Assembly (NCBI RefSeq): GCF_001306055.1
Contig: NZ_LGHJ01000012.1
Location: 60,001-92,000 of the forward strand
Length of the DNA stretch: 32,000 bases
Source of the DNA: Bellilinea caldifistulae
Lineage (GTDB): Bacteria; Chloroflexota; Anaerolineae; Anaerolineales; Anaerolineaceae
Direction: 5' to 3'
The notes under the pieces were generated by a model. That model saw only the letters and a list, made by a program, of their open reading frames with translations. It had not been told where the DNA came from and searched no databases. Below are positions 24,701-32,000 of the stretch, in pieces (position 1 is the first letter of the stretch; the number at the start of each line of letters is the position of its first letter). Made by a program: the position numbers and the translations under genes.

Positions 24701-25273
24701 TCACCCCGACCACCGGTATAAACTGCTCTGAAAATACCCCATCACCCGCTGAACGTAAGTTTGGGTTTCACGGTAGGGAGGGATGCCCTGATAGCGGTCA
24801 ACCGCCCCCGGCCCGGCGTTGTAGGCCGCCAGCGCCAGCTGCACATTGCCGTTATAGCGTTTGAGCAAATTGCTCAAAAAGCGCACGCCGCCGTCAATGT
24901 TCTGGGCCGGATCGAATGGATCGCTTACCCCCAGACTGCGGGCTGTTCCGGGCATCAGCTGCATCAACCCCATGGCGCCCGCCGCCGAAACTGCTCGCGG
25001 GTTGAAGTTAGACTCAGCCTTGATGACCGCCTGTACCAACGCCGGATTGACAGCGTATTTTTGGGCAGCCTGCTCAATCAGCGCATCGAAACCGGAAGGC
25101 GAACCCGCCATCCGTAAGCCTTGCGGCGAGTAACCCCCGCCGGCTTCACCGTCCAGGGGGTTAGCCCCCGTTGCGGCCTGATTCTGCCCCGGCTGTGCCA
25201 ATTTTTCGATCAACTGGAACAGCAACCGGTAAATGACCGCCTGAAATTGACTGCTGAAAATTGAATTATCCAT
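24701..25273 (-). CDS. lytic transglycosylase (SLT domain) protein encoded inside the flagellar operon
   Basis: The SLT motifs are present: '[30 protein letters not shown]' (catalytic E-S) and '[10 protein letters not shown]'. ATG 25273 overlaps the fliJ stop by 8 nt. The ORF-track 5' extension overlaps fliJ out of frame. Confidence 0.85.
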   Translation of the reverse strand: MDNSIFSSQFQAVIYRLLFQLIEKLAQPGQNQAATGANPLDGEAGGGYSPQGLRMAGSPSGFDALIEQAAQKYAVNPALVQAVIKAESNFNPRAVSAAGAMGLMQLMPGTARSLGVSDPFDPAQNIDGGVRFLSNLLKRYNGNVQLALAAYNAGPGAVDRYQGIPPYRETQTYVQRVMGYFQSSLYRWSG

Positions 25274-25730
25274 GGGGAGCCGCCTCCGAAAGCCGCTGGC
25301 GGTAAGCATGGGCAATGTAAATGTCGTCCTGCGCGCGGGCTTCTTTTTCCGCCTCCAGCTGAGTGTAGTGTTCGATGTGCTTGCGTTTGAGAATTTGGAG
25401 GGTTTCTTCCTCCTGCCGGGCTTTGACCAGTTCCACCCGTTTGCTTTCCACAGCCGCGCGGGCCTGCTCCAGCTGGCTTTCCAGGGTCTTTTTCTGCCGG
25501 TCGGTATCCTGCAATTCAGCCCGCAGCAGAGCCAATGCTGCCAGGTCCAGCTCGCCCATCTGCATTTCGGCAATCTGGCGCATCAGCCGTACCCGCCGCT
25601 CGCAGAGATGCTCCAAAGCGTTCTCAATCTTCATCTGCTCCATCAGCCGCTGGCTCAATTCCAGCTCGCAAGATTCCACACGGCTGTGACGCACATCCAG
25701 CACACTTTGTAAATTAAAACGCGGTACCAT
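25266..25730 (-). CDS. fliJ: flagellar export protein FliJ
   Basis: 154-aa coiled-coil protein with '[11 protein letters not shown]' at its N-terminus. It sits immediately after fliI, joined by a TAATG junction. Confidence 0.85.
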   Translation of the reverse strand: MVPRFNLQSVLDVRHSRVESCELELSQRLMEQMKIENALEHLCERRVRLMRQIAEMQMGELDLAALALLRAELQDTDRQKKTLESQLEQARAAVESKRVELVKARQEEETLQILKRKHIEHYTQLEAEKEARAQDDIYIAHAYRQRLSEAAPHG

Positions 25731-27082
25731 TATTCAACCTCCTTTACCGGCTCAGCCGTCTTTTCTCCCACCGCCATCTGCAAAATTGAAAGGGTTTCTT
25801 CAAAGGACGAAACTTCCTTGCTGCCTTGTTGTAAAAAGGCTGTCAGCATCGGCATCACCGCAATGGCAGCATCAATGTCCGGGTCGGAACCGGACACATA
25901 CGCGCCGATATTGATCAGATCGCGCGCCTTTTCATACGTGGCGAGGTGCTTGCGGGCAGCCGCCGCCAGTTTGAGGTGCTGTTCATCCGTGAGCGCCGGC
26001 ATCACCCGGCTGACGCTGTTCAACACATCAATTGCCGGGTAATGATTGCGAGCCGCCAGGGCACGGCTGAGGATGATGTGGCCGTCCAATATACCGCGCA
26101 CCGCATCACAAATCGGCTCATTGAAATCATCTCCTTCCACCAGCACGGTGAAGAAACCGGTGATCGAGCCGTGCTGATTGCGCCCGGCCCGTTCCAGTAA
26201 GCGCGGTAGCAGCGCAAAGACAGATGGGGTGTACCCTTTGCTAGCCGGAGGCTCGCCCACCGAAAGACCGATCTCGCGCTGAGCCATCGCAAAGCGGGTG
26301 ACCGAGTCCATCAGGAAAGTTACATCCAACCCGCAGTCGCGGTAGTACTCGGCAATCGTCATCGCCACAAAGGCGGCTTTCAGGCGCACCAGCGCCGGCT
26401 GATCGGAGGTGGAGACCACCACCACCGAACGCTCCAGCCCATCCTCTCCCAGGTCACGTTCGATGAATTCGCGCACCTCACGGCCACGCTCACCGATCAG
26501 GGCAATTACCGAGATGTCACTGCGCGAATTGCGGGCAATCGAACCAAGCAGGGTACTTTTACCCACACCGCTGCCGGCGAAGATGCCCAACCGCTGGCCC
26601 TTGCCGCAGGTTAGCATGCCGTCAATCACCCGCACTCCCGTGACCAGCGGTTCGACAATCGGTGGGCGTTCCAACGGATGGGGTGCAGCGCGGTTGGTGA
26701 TCTTCCACTCGACCGTGCCGAGCGGGCCTTTACCGTCAATCGGCTGTCCCAAGCCATCCAGCACCCGCCCCAGCAGGGACATACCCACCGGCGCTTTGAA
26801 AACGCTGGAAACCGGCCGCACCAGACTATCCGGTTGAATGCCTTCCATCGTCCCCAGCGGCATCAGCAGCATCCGCTCATTGCGGAAGCCGATCACCTCG
26901 GCCTGAACTTTACCCCGGTGGCTGGTCTGGATCTCGCACACCTCTCCAATCTGGCAATTCAACCCGACCACCTCGATGGTCAGACCGATCACCTGAGTGA
27001 CCCGTCCGGCAACCTGCACCGTGGTCAGGTTGCGCAGCATGGTGCGGTATCGGGTGAGATCGGGCGGCTGGATCTCGTTCAT
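25730..27082 (-). CDS. fliI: flagellum-specific ATPase FliI
   Basis: Walker A 'GSGVGKST', Walker B 'VTFLMDSVTR' and the F1/T3SS-ATPase core 'GSITGFFTVLVEGDD' are present. Confidence 0.95.
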   Translation of the reverse strand: MNEIQPPDLTRYRTMLRNLTTVQVAGRVTQVIGLTIEVVGLNCQIGEVCEIQTSHRGKVQAEVIGFRNERMLLMPLGTMEGIQPDSLVRPVSSVFKAPVGMSLLGRVLDGLGQPIDGKGPLGTVEWKITNRAAPHPLERPPIVEPLVTGVRVIDGMLTCGKGQRLGIFAGSGVGKSTLLGSIARNSRSDISVIALIGERGREVREFIERDLGEDGLERSVVVVSTSDQPALVRLKAAFVAMTIAEYYRDCGLDVTFLMDSVTRFAMAQREIGLSVGEPPASKGYTPSVFALLPRLLERAGRNQHGSITGFFTVLVEGDDFNEPICDAVRGILDGHIILSRALAARNHYPAIDVLNSVSRVMPALTDEQHLKLAAAARKHLATYEKARDLINIGAYVSGSDPDIDAAIAVMPMLTAFLQQGSKEVSSFEETLSILQMAVGEKTAEPVKEVE

Positions 27083-28005
27083 AGTGGCATCTCCTGATTG
27101 GATTGAACTTCGGCAAACGATGCCAGAAGATTGCGCAGTTGGGTTTCAACCCGTGCATCCACCGCCCCGTACTGCCCCTGAATGTAACAACCGCCGCGGG
27201 TGATCCCCTCAGCCGGGATCACCTGCACCTTATGCCCCAGCACCAGCGCCTGATACTCCTTCCACTCCGGGTCGAGGCAGGCTGCATCCTTGGGATTAAG
27301 GTAAATCTTCAACTCGCCCAACGTGCTGGCCTGCTCCACAATTCGGTTCAGGTTCAATTGGAGAGCCTGATCATCCAATGCGACTCCCTCTCCAAACAAA
27401 GTGACCGCCATCTCGCGAATCATTTCCAGCACAATTCCTTCGCTGGAGGTGGTCAGATTTTGCTTCCAAGCCTTTGCTTCGGCAATCAATTCAGCACAGG
27501 CTTGCAAGGCCTCCCGCATTTCCTCTTGAGCCTGCGCCAGCCCTTCCTGATAACCGCTTTGGCGCATGGCTTCCAGTTCATCGGCTGCCCGCAGGCGTAT
27601 TTGTCCGGCTTCTTCCTCGGCCCGCCGCAGGATCTCAGCTGCTTGCGCCTCAGCCTGTTGGATGAGGGACATGGCCTCTTGCTGTTCACGCCAGCCGGCC
27701 TCGTGCGGCTGATCGCCGACAAAAAAGCGATTTCCTCCCCCGTCCTCGTCCACAAACGGCGGGATGTGCTCCAAATCGGGAACATTCCAGACCTGCAAGC
27801 CTCTCAGCTGCTCACCCCGCAGCAGGCCAGAGCGGACGCTACTGCTGAGGGACGGTTGTGCCTCGGAAAGCATGAACAGATTGAGAATCTCGGCAGCCTG
27901 TTCGCGCGTTTCAACCCCGGCTTGCTGGTCAAAATCCGGCAGTTGCCACGGGGAAAAACCCGCAGCCGACGGATTGTGTTTGTAAATCCTAGAGGATGAC
28001 TTCAT
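27079..28005 (-). CDS. fliH: flagellar assembly protein FliH
   Basis: The position between fliG and fliI, the Glu/Ala-rich coiled coil and the C-terminal FliH/T3SS-stator-like domain support the call. ATG 28005 is preferred over the TTG at 28023. The gene overlaps fliI by 4 nt. Confidence 0.8.
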   Translation of the reverse strand: MKSSSRIYKHNPSAAGFSPWQLPDFDQQAGVETREQAAEILNLFMLSEAQPSLSSSVRSGLLRGEQLRGLQVWNVPDLEHIPPFVDEDGGGNRFFVGDQPHEAGWREQQEAMSLIQQAEAQAAEILRRAEEEAGQIRLRAADELEAMRQSGYQEGLAQAQEEMREALQACAELIAEAKAWKQNLTTSSEGIVLEMIREMAVTLFGEGVALDDQALQLNLNRIVEQASTLGELKIYLNPKDAACLDPEWKEYQALVLGHKVQVIPAEGITRGGCYIQGQYGAVDARVETQLRNLLASFAEVQSNQEMPL

Positions 28006-29005
28006 TTTCGCCACCACCGCCAATCACAATTTCGCCGGCTTCTTCCAGCGCCCGCACTGCGTCCACAATCTTGCGCTGGGCGGCATAGACGTTCTTTGCC
28101 AGTTGCGGGCCTAAGATCTCAATCTCTTCTTTCAAGTTTTCGCGCGCCCGTTCGGAAAGGTTGTTGAAGATCTTTTCTTTCAATTTTTCCGGGGCGGCTT
28201 TGAGCGCCAGCGCCAGCTCAGACTTGCTGATGTCGCGCAGCACCCGTTGGATGGCGCGGTCATCCAGTTTGATCAGGTCATCAAAGGTGAACATGTTGGC
28301 GCGGATCTCTTCCACCAGTTTGGGATTGCTGGCTTCCAGCGCTTCCAGAATAGTCTTCTGCACGCCACGATCCACCATATTGAGCATTTTGACCAGAAAA
28401 GTCACCCCACCGGTGGCGCGGAAATCGGCCTCGCTCAACACGCTGGAAAGCTTGTTCTTCAAGTTGCGCTCGACCACCTGTACCACTTGTGGAGAAACGC
28501 GGTCCATGACCGCCAGCCGCAGGGTTACTTCGACCTGCAATTCTCGCGGCAGGCTGGTGAGAATATCGGCAGCCACTTTGGCCTCCAGGTAAGAAAGTAC
28601 CAGGGCAATCGTCTGCGGCATTTCCTCCTGCAACAGAGCAGCGACCTCTTCGGGGTTGGCATTCCGCAGCATCTCGAACGAGGACAGTTGTTGATGCACC
28701 GAAATGCGCTCCAAAATCTCAGCACCCCGCCGCGGTCCAACCGCCCGGGCCAGTAATTGACGGCTGTACTCGATCCCGCCGCCGCGCAAAGCCGCATCCG
28801 CCGTGCTGAACTCAACCGCTTCCTGCAGGGCTATCCGACGTACCTCCGGCGGGATCGGCCCGGTTTTGCCCAATGCCAGCAGCACCCTTTCGATCTCACC
28901 CTCGGTCAGGTACTGCAAAACTTTGGAGGAGGTATCCACCCCCAGGGTCAGCAGCAACGCCGATGCTTTGTCAATTCCCGAAATCGCCGTGGATGGATTA
29001 TCCAT
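27989..29005 (-). CDS. fliG: flagellar motor switch protein FliG
   Basis: 'KASALLLTLG...', 'MFTFDDLIKLDDRAIQRVLRD' and 'LSERARENLKEE' are conserved FliG motifs. Confidence 0.95.
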   Translation of the reverse strand: MDNPSTAISGIDKASALLLTLGVDTSSKVLQYLTEGEIERVLLALGKTGPIPPEVRRIALQEAVEFSTADAALRGGGIEYSRQLLARAVGPRRGAEILERISVHQQLSSFEMLRNANPEEVAALLQEEMPQTIALVLSYLEAKVAADILTSLPRELQVEVTLRLAVMDRVSPQVVQVVERNLKNKLSSVLSEADFRATGGVTFLVKMLNMVDRGVQKTILEALEASNPKLVEEIRANMFTFDDLIKLDDRAIQRVLRDISKSELALALKAAPEKLKEKIFNNLSERARENLKEEIEILGPQLAKNVYAAQRKIVDAVRALEEAGEIVIGGGGENEVIL

Positions 29006-30671
29006 GGTTCCTGTTATCCTCGTTCAACCAGAGTTGGATAATTTCCGCTACGGTGGCCGGGCTTTCCTCCGCCAGCCGGCTGACGACTTTGGCCCGTTGT
29101 TCATCTTCCGCAGTGTTGACCGGCGTAAAGCGGGAGGAAAGTTCCACCATCACATCTTCGGTTTTCTGATTGAGAGCCGCCCGTTGAGCCGACATGGGAG
29201 GCAATCCGGCGGCGGCTTCGGGCGCAGCAATCTGCCCCAAGGGGACAGCAGCCTGCCCTTGTAAAGCCGCCAGTTCACCGGCCGGCATCATCACCGGCTG
29301 CCAGGCCTGCGCCGTGGCTGTGCGCAACTGGCGCATCTGACGTGAGAAGAAGAAGATCAGGGCTGCCAGCAAAATTACCGCCGCTACAGCCAGCCCAATT
29401 TGAATGTACAGGTTGGTCTGTTCGGCCTGAGCCATTTCAGCCGCCTGTTGCTCGTAGTAAGTGCGGTCAAACGGCATGGACTGCACCACCACCTGATCGC
29501 CACGCGCCTCATCCACACCAGCGGCTGCCGCCACCGCCGCTTTGACCGTCTCGACCGACTGGGCATCCAGCCCATCCACCATCACCGAAACGCTGATGCG
29601 GCTGATGCGCCCCGGGGACTGCACTTCGCGGGCTTCCACCTGACTGACTTCGTAATTGACGGTCTCCTCGGTACGCGAGTAGGTCATCGCCCCGTTTTCA
29701 CCCGTCACCGGCGGCAGCGGAGTTGGCAGGTTCGAATCTGCTCCCGGCACCCCACCTTCAACCGCGCCTGATGTCGTGTAATTTTCCACAATCTTTTGTG
29801 AACTGCGCACCACCGGGGTGGGCTGCTGCTCCATCGTGCTGGAAACAATTTCACGCTGGGTCCAGTCCATCGCCACGGCTGCCTGCACCACCGCGCGGTT
29901 CGGGCCCAGCGTGCGGTCGAGCATCAACTGCACCTGTTTGCGGATCTCCGCCGCAGCCGCCTGCTCGGCAGCCCGCTGGCTGTCGGTTTGAGCGCTCAGC
30001 GAACCGGCTTCGTTGCCGCCGCCCGCCAGCAAATTGCCGTTACTGTCCACCACCACCACATTTTCAGGCTGCAAACCTTCCACACTGCTAGCCACCAGAT
30101 GGGTGATCGCCCGTACTTGAGCCGCATCCAGCGCCTGTCCCATGCGTTCCTTGATGGTAATCGAGGCGGTCGTGGGCGATTGCTCGCTGCTCAACAGGGT
30201 GCGTTCGGGGCGTACCACATGTACCCGCACGGCTTCCACAGCTTCCAGGCTGCCAATCGTGCGTTCCAGTTCGCCTTCCAGAGCGCGCTGGTAATTGACT
30301 TTTTGTGTGAATTCGGTCATGCCCAGCGTATTACCGCTGAATAATTCGTAACCGACCGTCCCGCTTTTGGGCAGTCCTTCGCGCGCCATGCGCAGACGCA
30401 CCTCGTAAACTTGTTCGCTGGGGACGAGAATGGTGCCGCTGTCCCGCAGGCGATAGGGGATGCGGTTTTCGTCCAGTTTCTGCACAATTTGGGCAGCGTC
30501 ATTTTCGCTTAAGCCGCTGTAAGCCACTGAATACGAAGGGGTATTCGCCCAGTTGATCAGCACCGGTACCAGAATCAGCGCCGCCAGCAGCAAAGAGATG
30601 ATCACAATCCGCTGGGATTGACTTTGTTTCTTCCAGTAATTCAGAAATTGGTTTTGCAGGGGTACCATCAT
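28998..30671 (-). CDS. fliF: flagellar MS-ring protein FliF
   Basis: An N-terminal TM segment is followed by 'YSGLSENDAAQIVQKLDENRIPYRL' (YscJ/FliF domain) and a second TM near the C-terminus. The gene overlaps fliG by 8 nt. Confidence 0.93.
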   Translation of the reverse strand: MMVPLQNQFLNYWKKQSQSQRIVIISLLLAALILVPVLINWANTPSYSVAYSGLSENDAAQIVQKLDENRIPYRLRDSGTILVPSEQVYEVRLRMAREGLPKSGTVGYELFSGNTLGMTEFTQKVNYQRALEGELERTIGSLEAVEAVRVHVVRPERTLLSSEQSPTTASITIKERMGQALDAAQVRAITHLVASSVEGLQPENVVVVDSNGNLLAGGGNEAGSLSAQTDSQRAAEQAAAAEIRKQVQLMLDRTLGPNRAVVQAAVAMDWTQREIVSSTMEQQPTPVVRSSQKIVENYTTSGAVEGGVPGADSNLPTPLPPVTGENGAMTYSRTEETVNYEVSQVEAREVQSPGRISRISVSVMVDGLDAQSVETVKAAVAAAAGVDEARGDQVVVQSMPFDRTYYEQQAAEMAQAEQTNLYIQIGLAVAAVILLAALIFFFSRQMRQLRTATAQAWQPVMMPAGELAALQGQAAVPLGQIAAPEAAAGLPPMSAQRAALNQKTEDVMVELSSRFTPVNTAEDEQRAKVVSRLAEESPATVAEIIQLWLNEDNRNHG

Positions 30672-30688
30672 AAGCGTTTCTCACCCGT

Positions 30689-30991
30689 TTAGACTTGCAT
30701 GCGCATGATTTCGTGATAGGCTTCCACCAGTTTGTCGCGGATTGCCAGCGCCACACGGAAATTGACATCGTTTTCTTCCAGCCCAATCATCACCGTGTGC
30801 AGGTCAACATTCTCGCCCAGCGCCAGTTTCTGCACCAGATCATCCGCCTTCAGCTGCGATTCGTTGAGCGAATTGAGCATTTCCTCGAACGTCTTGGTGA
30901 CCGACTGCAGGCTGGCGGAAGCCGGTTTGGGAACACCCTGCGGCTCACTGGCACGATAGACCGATGAAATGGAAACCGGCGGTATGTTCAC
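30689..30991 (-). CDS. fliE: flagellar hook-basal body complex protein FliE
   Basis: The C-terminal 'DLHTVMIGLEENDVNFRVALAIRDKLVEAYHEIMRMQV' is present. The start is GTG, with GGGAGG 5 nt upstream, inside the end of flgC. Confidence 0.9.
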   Translation of the reverse strand: MNIPPVSISSVYRASEPQGVPKPASASLQSVTKTFEEMLNSLNESQLKADDLVQKLALGENVDLHTVMIGLEENDVNFRVALAIRDKLVEAYHEIMRMQV

Positions 30992-30993
30992 GG

Positions 30994-31440
30994 CTACCTC
31001 CCAATATCCAGCGCCCTCAGCGCCATGCGCTTGGCAGCTTCGATCAGCGTTAGGTTGGCTTCGTAGGAACGGGTTGCCGAGATCATGTTGGTCATTTCCA
31101 CCAGCGGGTTGACATTGGGATAGGTAACATAGCCTTCCTCATCCGCGTCCGGGTGGGTGGGATCATAGACCCGCGGGCCGGGTTCGGGATCGGTGATGAT
31201 TTGGGCAACCCGAACGCCACCTTGAACAGCAGCCGGCTCGCCGCGCCGCGCTGCCACAAACGGTGGCAGAAAGCCGCGTTTGTTCTCCGGCATGAAAACC
31301 ACATCCTTACGCTGATACGGCCCGCCCTGGGCTGTACGTGTGGTTTGGGCGTTGGCAATGTTGTTGGCAATCGTATCCAGCCTTAAACGTTGAGCCAACA
31401 GGCCCGATGCACCAATTCGTAGAGACTCCCAGAAACTCAT
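30994..31440 (-). CDS. flgC: flagellar basal-body rod protein FlgC
   Basis: 'GASGLLAQRLRLDTIANNIANAQTTR' and 'YVTYPNVNPLVEMTNMISATRSYEANLTLIEAAKRM' are present. ATG 31440 is preceded by AAGGAG. Confidence 0.93.
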   Translation of the reverse strand: MSFWESLRIGASGLLAQRLRLDTIANNIANAQTTRTAQGGPYQRKDVVFMPENKRGFLPPFVAARRGEPAAVQGGVRVAQIITDPEPGPRVYDPTHPDADEEGYVTYPNVNPLVEMTNMISATRSYEANLTLIEAAKRMALRALDIGR

Positions 31441-31466
31441 AGCACCACTCCTTGACTCCTGACAGC

Positions 31467-31475
31467 AGGATAGCA
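31467..31475 (-). promoter_or_regulatory. candidate extended -10 element TGCTATCCT for the flgC operon
   Basis: The minus-strand TGCTATCCT lies about 27 nt upstream of the flgC ATG and downstream of the fliS terminator. It is nearly identical to the TGCTATACT upstream of the PilZ leader. I found no convincing -35. Confidence 0.3.
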
Positions 31476-31529
31476 CAAGCCGAAACGAATTTCCGTAAAG
31501 TTGAGATGAAGGCTGAATAAAAAAGGCGT

Positions 31530-31573
31530 TAAAAACGTAAAATACACCACCGGTGAAGGGGGGTGTATTTTAC
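31530..31573 (-). terminator. intrinsic terminator downstream of fliS
   Basis: A 12-bp stem, GTAAAATACACC (31537-31548) with GGTGTATTTTAC (31562-31573), is followed on the minus strand by G-TTTTT-AACGCC-TTTTTT. Confidence 0.75.
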
Positions 31574-31640
31574 TGTGGGAGAAACGCTATGCAATTGTTT
31601 GGAGTGGCACTACCGATAAGCCGATCGCAGGGTGTGGGAG

Positions 31641-32000
31641 TCAGGCTGCCTGCGTAATCGTCGAGGTATAGGCGGTTGCCGGAACGCTGGGCTGGGGCGG
31701 CGGCGCAAAACGTTTTTCGGTCATCTTCCACGCGTCTCGCAATTCTTTCAGCACGTGAATCGCTTCGTCATAATCACCCTTGCGGATGCAGTCCAGACAC
31801 CACTGGTACAGGCGGAACAGACCAACCGCCACTTCGGGATAATCAAAGTTGAGGGCATCGCGCAGGACGCTGATGGCTTTAGTCGCTTTCTCAAAGTCCT
31901 TGACTTCGCAGGACTGAATCGCCAGGTCGTACGCCATGATCACCAGACGGAGCGGGCTGGCGCCCATCACATCTTGCTGCCGGTATTCTTGAGTGCGGTA
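31641..32000 (-). CDS. fliS: flagellar export chaperone FliS (5' end beyond window)
   Basis: 'ASPLRLVIMAYDLAIQ...AISVLRDALNFD...EVAVGLFRLYQWCLDCIRKGD' matches the FliS four-helix pattern. The frame stays open to position 32000 ('YRTQEYRQQDV' precedes it, as in FliS N-termini), so the GTG at 31970 is probably not the start. Confidence 0.85.
   Translation of the reverse strand, partial: YRTQEYRQQDVMGASPLRLVIMAYDLAIQSCEVKDFEKATKAISVLRDALNFDYPEVAVGLFRLYQWCLDCIRKGDYDEAIHVLKELRDAWKMTEKRFAPPPQPSVPATAYTSTITQAA

Noticed and set aside
31611-31626. Sigma-28-like -10 sequences (CCGATAA, GCCGATC) between fliS and its terminator.
   Set aside because: They are on the plus strand, antisense to fliS and pointing away from flgC. 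There is no TAAA 15 nt upstream, and the minus-strand reading does not match the consensus.
1-32000. Mobile elements, prophage or defence islands, CRISPR repeats, tRNA or rRNA genes.
   Set aside because: By eye I saw no transposase, integrase or recombinase-like translations in the ORF track. I also saw no regularly spaced direct repeats, cloverleaf-like tRNA candidates in intergenic gaps, or abrupt compositional islands beyond short AT-rich promoter gaps.

Overview
Dense, moderately GC-rich bacterial chromosomal window with about 38 protein genes. I saw no rRNA, tRNA, CRISPR array or transposase by eye. The left half (1-17 kb) holds housekeeping and accessory units: (i) the 3' end of an ADP-ribosylglycohydrolase-family gene; (ii) a long, tightly packed minus-strand unit of guaB, a secreted Gmad2-like protein, a thiolase, an SDR epimerase/dehydratase and a NitT/TauT-type ABC permease and ATPase; (iii) a 3-methyladenine glycosylase; (iv) a glycosyltransferase-like gene overlapping an acyltransferase gene; (v) a YcgR-like PilZ gene preceded by a promoter-leader-terminator cassette; (vi) a four-gene minus-strand unit (deazaflavin-type oxidoreductase, YcgN, DUF5680-like, GT39/ArnT-like membrane glycosyltransferase); (vii) gatC-gatA. 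The right half (17.0-32.0 kb) is one minus-strand block: the fliS 3' end, a terminator, then flgC-fliE-fliF-fliG-fliH-fliI-fliJ-SLT-flgB-fliK-flgD-(TIGR02530-like)-flgE-(FliK-like)-(FlhB C-terminal-like), followed directly by an ECF sigma/anti-sigma pair and a strong terminator shared with gatA. The points most worth follow-up are the terminator-gated leader in front of the PilZ gene, the second FliK-like/FlhB-C-like pair, the displaced flgB next to a signal-less SLT protein inside the flagellar operon, the ECF/anti-sigma pair with an internally duplicated two-Cys domain, hairpins bracketing flgE, and probable leaderless starts. All calls rest on reading motifs in the supplied translations and DNA. 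No database search was possible. A Chloroflexota/Anaerolineae-like origin is only a guess.
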